From: Macrostomum lignano
Lineage: Eukaryota
Assembly (NCBI GenBank): GCA_002269645.1
Contig: NIVC01001838.1
Location: 62,001 to 126,000, forward strand
Length of the DNA: 64,000 bases
Reading direction: 5' to 3'
Shown: piece after piece, positions 1 to 10,500 of the stretch
Numbering within the stretch: position 1 is the first letter of the stretch
Layout of the letters: each line of letters opens with the position of its first letter
Notes under the pieces: model-generated
What the model saw: the letters and a program-made list of their open reading frames with translations, nothing else
What the model was told of the DNA's origin: nothing
Database searches by the model: none
Translations under genes and position numbers: made by a program

Positions 1-124
1 TTAATTTTTAGTTGAAAAGTTACTGTAGTATTAAGCAAGTAGTTAAACAAATGCAGTCAGCGCGCCCTATACTCTGCAGTATGTACAGTATGGTACAGAC
101 AGCCATCTAGTTGCCGGGCAGCTG

Positions 125-3100
125 TCACACGAGTGTCTGGTAAACGCAATCGATTTCCGCTGCCTCTGCCGCGGACTTCGCGTCGCCTTGTCGGTGGCCA
201 AAATAGCTGTGCCGCTTCTCCGCCGCGTTGCGACCGCTTTGGAATTCGTTTGGAGCCGGCTGGAACTGCTGGTACACCGGCTGTCTGTCGATGTTGTCCG
301 CCGTGCCGATGATCTCCGCGTCAGTCCGGAAGGTCACCCGGCGCTTGGCGGCGGCGGCGGCGGCGGCGGTGGCTGGCGGAGCGACGCAGCTCACTGCGCT
401 GTCGAATGAAGATCGGCGAGGCCGGTCGAGAGCAACCGATTGAAGCTGCGGTGCCCGGCTGCCCCGCGCCTGCTGGAGGGCGAGATCGTCCGTTGTGGGC
501 TGATGACACCCCTTCCTCTCCCAACCTCCCTCTCCCAACCTCCCTCTCCCAATCTCCCTCTCCCAACCTCCCTCTTCCAACCTCCCTCTCCCAACCTCCC
601 TCTCCCAACCTCCCTCTCCCAACCTCCCTCTCCCAACATCCCTCTCCCAACCTCCCTCTCCCAATCTCCCTCTCCCAATCTCCCTCTCCCAACCTCCCTC
701 TTCCAACCTCCCTCTCCCAACCTCCCTCTCCCAACCTCCCTCTCCCAACCTCCCTCTCCCAACCTCCCTCTCCCAACCTCCCTCTCCCAACCTCCCTCTC
801 CCAACCTCCCTCTCCCAATCTCCCTCTCCTAATCTCCCTCTCCCAATCTCCCTCCCCCAATCTCCCTCTCCCAATCTCCCTCTCCCAATCTCCCTCTCCC
901 AATCTCCCTCTCCCTATCTCCCTCTCCCAACCTCCCTCTCCTAATTCCCCAATCCCAACTCCCACTCCCAACCTCCATCTCCCAATCTCCCTCTCCCTAT
1001 CTCCCTCTCCCAATCTCCCTCTCCCTATCTCCCTCTCCCAACCTCCCTCTCCTAATTCCCCAATCCCAACTCCCACTCCCAACCTCCATCTCCCAATCTC
1101 CCTCTCCCTATCTCCCTCTCCCTATATCCCTCTCCCAACCTCCCTCTCCCAATCTCCCTCTCCCAATCTCCCTCTCCCTATCTCCCTCTCCCAATCTCCC
1201 TCTCCCAACCTCCCACTCCCAACCTCCCTCTCCCAACCTCCCTCTCCCAACCTCCCTCTCCTAATTCCCCAATCCCAACTCCCACTCCCAATCTCCCTCT
1301 CCAAATATCGCTACCTCAAAACCCGGCAGCGAAGCCCCAGACGGCTCCAGTCGCAGGCTGCTCGGTCTCGTCCACCCCGGCGACTATCGGAAGACTCCTC
1401 GGAGGCTGGCAGCCTCTCCTCCGGCGCCATCGCGGGCGGCTTGCTCAAATCGGCAGGCAGACAGAGCCGCTGCTCACCAGGACAGGCTGCCGCGGCCGGT
1501 TGCTGCGCCGGCTGCGGTGAGAATTCGCGGCAGTAGCGGCGCATGCTGGGCACCGGCCGGCACGGCGCCCAGGCCTCCTTGGCGGCGTACAGGAAGGGGA
1601 TGTAGCCCACCTGGCCTGCGCCCGTCAGCACGAACAGCCAGCGCTTCCCGACGTGGTAGAGAGCTCGGACCAGCTGCCCGGCTGTCACGCTGAGCTCCCC
1701 GGGGCCGCTGGCCTCGAAGCTGAACAGGACTCGAGCTCGGACTCCTACCGGACGTTCTCGACGAGTGCGGTTGACTGTCTTTGTCTTCTTGACGGCGGCA
1801 TCGCCGCTGTCGGTGTCCGAGCTGCTGCTGCTGCTGCTAACACTGATATTGCTGCCGACTGGCTTCGAGATGGCGCCATCACTGGTGCCATTGCTGACGC
1901 TGCCGTGGTCGCCTGATGCACCTGTGATAAAGTGATGATGGAGCAGGTTGCTCTTGTTTCCTGGAATGCATGTTTAAATGTCCATCTGCTGAAGAAGCTC
2001 TGTGAAGCTGAGCTGAGAAGGAAAATTGCAGGAAACGGATGGAGGCTGAGCACAAGATTGCAGGTAGAGGGAGGCAGATTGCAGTCGGTGAAAGAGGGAG
2101 ATTTGAGTCCGATAGAGAGAGAGATTGCAGTCGGATAGAGAGGGAGATTGCAGTCGGCGGGAGAGGGAGATTGCAGTCGGTGGAAGAGGGAGATTGCAGT
2201 CGGTGGGAGAGGGAGATTGCAGTCGGTGGAAGAGGGAGATTGCAGTCGGAGGGAGAGGGAGATTGCAGTCGGTGGAAGAGGGAGATTGCAGTCGGTGGGA
2301 GAGGGAGATTGCAGTCGGCGGGAGAGGGAGATTGCAGTCGGCGGGAGAGGGAGATTGCAGTCGGCGGGAGAGGGAGATTGCAGTCGGTGGGAGAAGGAGA
2401 TTGCAGTCGGATAGAGAGGGAGATTGCAGTCGGATAGAGAGGGAGATTGCAGTCGGATAGAGAGGGAGATTGCAGTCAGATAGAGAGGGAGATTGCAGTC
2501 GGTGGAAGGGGGGGATTGCAGGCGGATAGAGAGGGAGATTGCAGTCGGCGGGAGAGGGAGATTGCAGTCGGATAGAGAGGGAGATTGCAGTCGGTGGGAG
2601 AGGGAGATTTGAGTCCGATAGAGAGAGAGATTGCAGTCGGCGGGAGAGGGATATTGCAGTCGGTGGGAGAGGGAGATTGCAGTCGGCGGGAGAGGGAGAT
2701 TGCAGTCGGCGGGAGAGGGAGATTGCAGTCGGTGGGAGAAGGAGATTGCAGTCGGATAGAGAGGGAGATTGCAGTCGGATAGAGAGGGAGATTGCAGTCG
2801 GATAGAGAGGGAGATTGCAGTCGGTGGAAGGGGGGGATTGCAGGCGGATAGAGAGGGAGATTGCAGTCGGCGGGAGAGGGAGATTGCAGTCGGATAGAGA
2901 GGGAGATTGCAGTCGGTGGAAGAGGGAGATTTGAGTCCGATAGAGAGGGAGATTGCAGTCGGCGGGAGAGGGATATTGCAGTCGGTGGGAGAGGGGATTG
3001 CAGTCGGTGGGATAGGGAGATTGCAGTCGGTGGGAGAGGGAGATTGCAGTCGGCGGGAGAGGGAGATTGCAGTCGGTAGATGGAGACTGCAGACATTTTG

Positions 3101-3297
3101 TTTTAAGCAAACTTTAAGCGAGTCAGAAAGCAGTTCAACCCAGTGATGAATAAAAAAGTTTAAATTCTTAAAACGCTACCTTGTAAAGGGGGGCCGCTGT
3201 GTTTGGGGACGCATCTGCTTGGAGTCTGCTGCTGCTGCTGCTGCTGGCAGGCGGTGAACAGCGGAGATGGCAGGCTGCTGCGGCATGGCCGGTTCAT
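125..3297 (-). CDS. SH3-domain-containing protein, 3 exons (3297-3180, 1921-1315, ~515-125)
   Basis: Exon 2 encodes RARVLFSFEASGPGELSVTAGQLVRALYHVGKRWLFVLTGAGQVGYIPFLYA, an SH3 pattern (ELS, W, GYIP). Donors AG|GTAGCG at 3180 and 1315; acceptor CAG| at 1922. Phases are consistent (1, then 2). The last acceptor (~516) is purine-rich and uncertain. The start ATG at 3297 is inferred. Confidence 0.7.
511..1300. repeat. 14-bp minisatellite (CCAACCTCCCTCTC)n filling SH3-gene intron 2
   Basis: Directly visible 14-bp period with C/T variants. Confidence 0.95.
2060..3080. repeat. 23-bp minisatellite (GGGAGATTGCAGTCGGCGGGAGA)n in SH3-gene intron 1
   Basis: GCAGTCGG recurs at 2301 and 2324, giving a 23-bp period. 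Confidence 0.95.
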
Positions 3298-3499
3298 TCC
3301 GAGAGCCGGGCAGCCTCGGGCAGCTGCAGGTGCCGTAGAGAGAAGGTGCGCCAGAGCTGCTGTGGAATTTCCAGGAATTTCCAGGCGGCCATCAATCAAT
3401 TACAGTACTGTCTGATCTTTTATTCGCGTGATCTACTGAATCGTTCTGGGTGATCAAAAGTGATCGATATAAACATTAGAATTTTTCGTCCATTAGGTA

Positions 3500-3781
3500 A
3501 TCATTGGGGTCATTAGAGAATCATTGAGGGTCATTAGAGAATCATTAGGGTCATTAGAGAATCACTGAGGTCATTAGAGAATCATTGGGGTCATTAGAGA
3601 ATCATTGGGGTCATTAGAGAATCATTGGGGTCATTAGAGAATCACTGAGGTCATTAGAGAATCACTGAGGTCTTTAGAGAATCACTGAGGTCATTAGAGA
3701 ATCATTGGGGTCATTAGAGAATCACTGAGGTCATTAGAGAATCATTGGGTTCATTAGAGAATCATTAGGGTCATTAGGGTC
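3500..3781. repeat. 20-bp minisatellite (TCATTAGAGAATCATTGGGG)n running into an assembly gap
   Basis: Visible 20-bp period. Confidence 0.95.
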
Positions 3782-3884
3782 NNNNNNNNNNNNNNNNNNN
3801 NNNNNNNNNNNNNNNNNNNNNNNNNNNNNNNNNNNNNNNNNNNNNNNNNNNNNNNNNNNNNNNNNNNNNNNNNNNNNNNNNNNN
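3782..3884. other. Assembly gap (run of N)
   Basis: 103 N bases. Confidence 1.
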
Positions 3885-3989
3885 ACTGAGCAAAATTTCA
3901 TGTTGCCATGCTGTTTTTGCTTACGAAATACATTTCTAGTGAAAATTTGTTCATTAACTTCTAACATTAGCTAACATCGGGTAGCTGTC

Positions 3990-4403
3990 ATCTTCCAGCT
4001 AGCTTCCATCTTCCAGCTAGCTTCCATCTTCCAGCTAGCTTCCCTCTTCCATCTAGCTTCCATCTTCCAGCTAGCTTCCATCTTCCATCTAGCTTCCATC
4101 TTCCAGCTAGCTTCCCTCTTCCAGCTAGCTTCCATCTTCCAGCTAGCTTCCATCTTCCAGCTAGCTTCCATCTTCCATCTAGCTTCCCTCTTCCAGCTAG
4201 CTTCCCTCTTCCATCTAGCTTCCATCTTCCAGCTAGCTTCCCTCTTCCAGCTAGCTTCCATCTTCCAGCTAGCTTCCATCTTCCAGCTAGCTTCCATCTT
4301 CCAGCTAGCTTCCATCTTCCAGCTAGCTTCCATCTTCCAGCTAGCTTCCATCTTCCATCTAGCTTCCATCTTCCAGCTAGCTTCCATCTTCCAGCTAGCT
4401 TCC
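3990..4403. repeat. 18-bp minisatellite (AGCTTCCATCTTCCAGCT)n
   Basis: Visible period; gives the spurious MEASWK ORFs. Confidence 0.95.
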
Positions 4404-4699
4404 AAGTGTTAAGAGCTTTTAATCGCACATTGTAGTTCACATACCTTCTCAGCGGGTGCTTAAACGGGAATCAGGTCACGTGACCGGCCCCCGGTGTTCC
4501 ACTTCGCCATTCCAACTCTTCGATGACTTTGATGACTCTCTGAGCTGAATGGATCGAACAAATAAGATGTCACTACTTGCGACACTGGCTCTGACACCTG
4601 TCGCCTGTTGCTGTCGCGCTCACGACAGTTGTCGATTAAGATCTTTCGGGGACTGCATCTTTCAGGGCTTGCGCAGACTGCCGCTCTGGCTTTTTAAAA

Positions 4700-7110
4700 G
4701 AGACGGAAAGAAGAGACAGGGGCAGGGGGTAGACGGCCGCGCTTTGGTTTGAATAAACAGATTTGCTCGAGTGGCCAGTCACTTCTGAGGGTGCTCGCTG
4801 TGGGCCAAGGAGTTCTGGATGATGTGCAGTCTGGATTGAACAGCTGGCCAAGGAGTTCTAGATTGAGTGCCAAGGGGGCGCCAATCATAGCTGGTGTGTT
4901 TGATGCTGTGCAGTTGACAAAAAGCAGCCGAGTGCGCCCCTGTTCTCGCTGGTAGGGTACCTGCAGCGTCTCTTCTTCGTTTCTTCTCTGTCTCTTCTCT
5001 GTCTCTTATCTGTCTCTTCTCTGTCTCTTCTCTGTCTCTTATCTGTCTCTTCTCTGTCTCTTCTCTGTCTCTTATCTGTCTCTTATCTGTCTCTTCTCTG
5101 TCTCTTCTGCGTCTCTTCTCTGTCTCTTCTGCGTCTCTTCTCTGTCTCTTCTTCGTTTCTTCTCTGTCTCTTCTCTGTCTCTTATCTGTCTCTTCTCTGT
5201 CTCTTATCTGTCTCTTCTCTGTCTCTTCTCTGTCTCTTCTCTGTCTCTTATCTGTCTCTTCTCTGTCTCTTCTGCGTCTCTTCTCTGTCTCTTCTGCGTC
5301 TCTTCTCTGTCTCTTCTGTGTCTCTTCTGTGTCTCTTCTGTGTCTCTTCTCTGTCTCTTCTCTGTCTCTTATCTGTCTCTTCTCTGTCTCTTCTCTGTCT
5401 CTTATCTGTCTCTTCTCTGTCTCTTCTGCGTCTCTTCTCTGTCTCTTCTGCGTCTCTTCTCTGTCTCTTCTGTGTCTCTTCTGTGTCTCTTCTGTGTCTC
5501 TTCTCTGTCTCTTCTGCGTCTCTTCTCTGTCTCTTCTCTGTCTCTTCTGTGTCTCTTCTCTGTCTCTTCTCTGTCTCTTCTGTGTCTCTTCTCTGTCTCT
5601 TCTGTGTCTCTTCTGTGTCTCTTCTGTGTCTCTTCTCTGGCTCTTCTCTGTCTCTTCTCCATCTCTTCTGCGTCTCTTCTCCGTCTCCGTCTTTTATCCT
5701 TGCAGCGCCTGTAGCGCCTGCAGCGTCGGTGGGCGACTTGATCGTCGCAGATTTGAAGGCAGAGCACAGAAGGCCAACAAGCGATGCGTCAACTTGCTGC
5801 TCAGCTATGAGATATGAGGCAGATACTCGCCTGCAGGGCAAGCATTCGAGATAGTGTTTCGGGCTAGCTTCCATCTTCCAGCTAGCTTCCATCTTCCATC
5901 TAGCTTCCATCTTCCAGCTAGCTTCCCTCTTCCAGCTAGCTTCCATCTTCCAGCTAGCTTCCATCTTCCAGCTAGCTTCCCTCTTCCAGCTAGCTTCCAT
6001 CTTCCAGCTAGCTTCCATCTTCCAGCTAGCTTCCATCTTCCAGCTAGCTTCCATCTTCCATTTAGCTTCCCTCTTCCAGCTAGCTTCCATCTTCCAGCTA
6101 GCTTCCATCTTCCAGCTAGCTTCCATCTTCCATCTAGCTTCCATCTTCCAGCTAGCTTCCATCTTCCATCTAGCTTCCCTATTCCAGCTAGCTTCCATCT
6201 TCCAGCTAGCTTCCATCTTCCAGCTAGCTTCCATCTTCCAGCTAGCTTCCATCTTCCAGCTAGCTTCCATCTTCCATCTAGCTTCCATCTTCCAGCTAGC
6301 TTCCATCTTCCAGCTAGCTTCCATCTTCCATCTAGCTTCCATCTTCCATCTAGCTTCCATCTTCCATCTAGCTTCCACCTTCCAGCTAGCTTCCATCTTC
6401 CATCTAGCTAGCTTCCATCTTCCATCTAGCTAGCTTCCATCTTCCATCTAGCTAGCTTCCATCTTCTATCTAGCTAGCTTCCATCTTCCATCTAGCTAGC
6501 TTCCATCTTCCATCTAGCTAGCTTCCATCTTCCATCTAGCTAGCTTCCATCTTCCATCTAGCTAGCTTCCATCTTCCATCTAGCTAGCTTCCATCTTCCA
6601 TCTAGCTAGCTTCCATCTTCCATCTAGCTAGCTTCCATCTTCCATCTAGCTAGCTTCCATCTTCCATCTAGCTAGCTTCCATCTTCCATCTAGCTAGCTT
6701 CCATCTTCCATCTAGCTAGCTTCCATCTTCCATCTAGCTAGCTTCCATCTTCCATCTAGCTAGCTTCCATCTTCCATCTAGCTAGCTTCCATCTTCCATC
6801 TAGCTAGCTTCCATCTTCCATCTAGCTAGCTTCCATCTTCCATCTAGCTAGCTTCCATCTTCCATCTAGCTAGCTTCCACCTTCCATCTAGCCTCCACCT
6901 GCAGAGTATTCGGGCCAGTGCCGCTACTCCATATTTTGTTGTCAGGTCTCCTGGGCAGAGCGAGCACAGAGCGGCAGCGCAGCAAACCTGACTCCGTAAA
7001 AAGTCTACAGAGAAAATCTTCGGTCTGTATAGTTGCTCTCCTGTTCTTTTTCGGTATAGGCTGAAATGCCTGCACCCGTGAATGGCCGCAGTTTCGAGCC
7101 CCCCCTCCAC
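4700..7110 (-). CDS. Putative exons of an unidentified gene (~7110-6899, 5832-~5717, 4960-~4700); model unresolved
   Basis: GC-rich non-repetitive islands between satellites. Donor CTGCAG|GTGG at ~6899 and acceptor CTGCAG|G at ~5833 join in phase 2 (…ARILCR|RVSASYLIAEQQ…). Acceptor CAG|GTACC at 4961. No recognisable domain. Confidence 0.35.
4970..5690. repeat. 11-bp CT-rich minisatellite (TGTCTCTTCTC)n
   Basis: Visible period. Confidence 0.95.
5864..6895. repeat. 18-bp minisatellite (same family as 3990-4403) switching to a 22-bp variant at ~6410
   Basis: AGCTTCCATCTTCCAGCT followed by AGCTTCCATCTTCCATCTAGCT. Confidence 0.95.
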
Positions 7111-7589
7111 ATCCCTCTGTGCCTCTTCGACTCAGAACAATTCTAAAGCAGTCTACTCGAGAGCGTGCCCGAGGCTGTAACCAGAGGGAGTGCATTAACA
7201 CAGCCAGGAGTTAAGTAGTTGTTGGTCTCGGAGCAGATTTCAATATCACGGCGAATATTTATGGGAAATTCTTTCATTAAAACTCTGTATTAATGTGCAA
7301 ACCTCCTAGGTGCCATTCAAACTCTGGTTTCTATTGAAATTCATAAACTACAATATTTTAACTGTCACAGTTTTCTTCTGCGACCTGCTGCTTTAGGACC
7401 GCATTTTTATAAAGCTTTTATGGCAAGATGAACACAACTTGTAGTTGTCTTACGCCAACTTTTTTAAAAAGCATCAGAGAACCCAGTTTTGAATTCAATG
7501 CCTTCCGAATCTTCTCTTCTGCCTCTTCTCTTCTCTTTCTCTTTTCTGTCCCTGCTCCATCCCTTGCCCATGGCTTCTTCATCTATTGT

Positions 7590-10500
7590 CACTCTCTTCT
7601 CAGTCTCTTCTCAATCTCGTCTCTTTTCAGTATTTTCTCTGTATCTTCTCCATCCCTTCTCAGTCTCTTCTCTGTATCTTCTCCATCCCTTCTCAGTCTC
7701 TTCTCTGCATCTTCTCCATCCCTTCTCAGTCTCTTCTCTGTATCTTCTCCATCCCTTCTCAGTCTCTTCTCTGCATCTTCTCCATCCCTTCTCAGTCTCT
7801 TCTCAATCTCGTCTCTTTTCAGTATTTTCTCTGTATCTTCTCCATCCCTTCTCAGTCTCTTCTCTGTATCTTCTCCATCCCTTCTCAGTCTCTTCTCTGT
7901 ATCTTCTCCATCCCTTCTCAGTCTCTTCTCTGCATCTTCTCCATCCCTTCTCAGTCTCTTCTCAATCTCGTCTCTTTTCAGTATTTTCTCTGCATCTTCT
8001 CCATCCCTTCTCAGTCTCTTCTCTGTATCTTCTCCATCCCTTCTCAGTCTCTTCTCTGCATCTTCTCCATCCCTTCTCAGTCTCTTCTCAATCTCGTCTC
8101 TTTTCAGTATTTTCTCTGTATCTTCTCCATCCCTTCTCAGTCTCTTCTCTGTATCTTCTCCATCCCTTCTCAGTCTCTTCTCTGTATCTTCTCCATCCCT
8201 TCTCAGTCTCTTCTCTGCATCTTCTCCATCCCTTCTCAGTCTCTTCTCAATCTCGTCTCTTTTCAGTCTCTTCTCTGCATCTTCTCCATCCCTTCTCAGT
8301 CTCTTCTCTGCATCTTCTCCATCCCTTCTCAGTCTCTTCTCTGCATCTTCTCCATCCCTTCTCAGTCTCTTCTCTGCATCTTCTCCATCCCTTCTCAGTC
8401 TCTTCTCTGCATCTTCTCCATCCCTTCTCAGTCTCTTCTCTGCATCTTCTCCATCCCTTCTCAGTCTCTTCTCTGCATCTTCTCCATCCCTTCTCAGTCT
8501 CTTCTCTGCATCTTCTCCATCCCTTCTCAGTCTCTTCTCTGCATCTTCTCCATCCCTTCTCAGTCTCTTCTCTGCATCTTCTTCATCCCTTCTCAGTCTC
8601 TTCTCTGCATCTTCTCCATCCCTTCTCAGTCTCTTCTCTGCATCTTCTCCATCCCTTCTCAGTCTCTTCTCTGTATCTTCTCCATCCCTTCTCAGTCTCT
8701 TCTCTGCATCTTCTCCATCCCTTCTCAGTCTCTTCTCTGCATCTTCTCCATCCCTTCTCAGTCTCTTCTCTGCATCTTCTCCATCCCTTCTCAGTCTCTT
8801 CTCTGCATCTTCTCCATCCCTTCTCAGTCTCTTCTCTGCATCTTCTCCATCCCTTCTCAGTCTCTTCTCTGCATCTTCTCCATCCCTTCTCAGTCTCTTC
8901 TCTGCATCTTCTCCATCCCTTCTCAGTCTCTTCTCTGCATCTTCTCCATCCCTTCTCAGTCTCTTCTCTGTATCTTCTCCATCCCTTCTCAGTCTCTTCT
9001 CTGTATCTTCTCCATCCCTTCTCAGTCTCTTCTCTGCATCTTCTCCATCCCTTCTCAGTCTCTTCTCTGCATCTTCTCCATCCCTTCTCAGTCTCTTCTC
9101 TGCATCTTCTCCATCCCTTCTCAGTCTCTTCTCTGCATCTTCTCCATCCCTTCTCAGTCTCTTCTCTGTATCTTCTCCATCCCTTCTCAGTCTCTTCTCT
9201 GCATCTTCTCCATCCCTTCTCAGTCTCTTCTCTGCATCTTCTCCATCCCTTCTCAGTCTCTTCTCTGCATCTTCTCCATCCCTTCTCAGTCTCTTCTCTG
9301 CATCTTCTCCATCCCTTCTCAGTCTCTTCTCTGCATCTTCTCCATCCCTTCTCAGTCTCTTCTCTGCATCTTCTCCATCCCTTCTCAGTCTCTTCTCAAT
9401 CTCGTCTCTTTTCAGTATTTTCTCTGTATCTTCTCCATCCCTTCTCAGTCTCTTCTCTGTATCTTCTCCATCCCTTCTCAGTCTCTTCTCTGTATCTTCT
9501 CCATCCCTTCTCAGTCTCTTCTCTGCATCTTCTCCATCCCTTCTCAGTCTCTTCTCAATCTCGTCTCTTTTCAGTCTCTTCTCTGCATCTTCTCCATCCC
9601 TTCTCAGTCTCTTCTCTGCATCTTCTCCATCCCTTCTCAGTCTCTTCTCTGCATCTTCTCCATCCCTTCTCAGTCTCTTCTCTGCATCTTCTCCATCCCT
9701 TCTCAGTCTCTTCTCTGCATCTTCTCCATCCCTTCTCAGTCTCTTCTCTGCATCTTCTCCATCCCTTCTCAGTCTCTTCTCTGCATCTTCTCCATCCCTT
9801 CTCAGTCTCTTCTCTGCATCTTCTCCATCCCTTCTCAGTCTCTTCTCTGCATCTTCTCCATCCCTTCTCAGTCTCTTCTCTGCATCTTCTCCATCCCTTC
9901 TCAGTCTCTTCTCTGCATCTTCTCCATCCCTTCTCAGTCTCTTCTCTGCATCTTCTCCATCCCTTCTCAGTCTCTTCTCTGCATCTTCTCCATCCCTTCT
10001 CAGTCTCTTCTCTGCATCTTCTCCATCCCTTCTCAGTCTCTTCTCTGCATCTTCTCCATCCCTTCTCAGTCTCTTCTCTGCATCTTCTCCATCCCTTCTC
10101 AGTCTCTTCTCTGCATCTTCTCCATCCCTTCTCAGTCTCTTCTCTGCATCTTCTCCATCCCTTCTCAGTCTCTTCTCTGCATCTTCTCCATCCCTTCTCA
10201 GTCTCTTCTCTGCATCTTCTCCATCCCTTCTCAGTCTCTTCTCTGCATCTTCTCCATCCCTTCTCAGTCTCTTCTCTGCATCTTCTCCATCCCTTCTCAG
10301 TCTCTTCTCTGCATCTTCTCCATCCCTTCTCAGTCTCTTCTCTGCATCTTCTCCATCCCTTCTCAGTCTCTTCTCTGCATCTTCTTCATCCCTTCTCAGT
10401 CTCTTCTCTGCATCTTCTCCATCCCTTCTCAGTCTCTTCTCTGCATCTTCTCCATCCCTTCTCAGTCTCTTCTCTGCATCTTCTCCATCCCTTCTCAGTC

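Noticed and set aside
3968-4700. Joining the 4.4-7.1 kb exons to the SH3 gene
   Set aside because: No unambiguous frame could be built across 4440-4960, and an assembly gap intervenes
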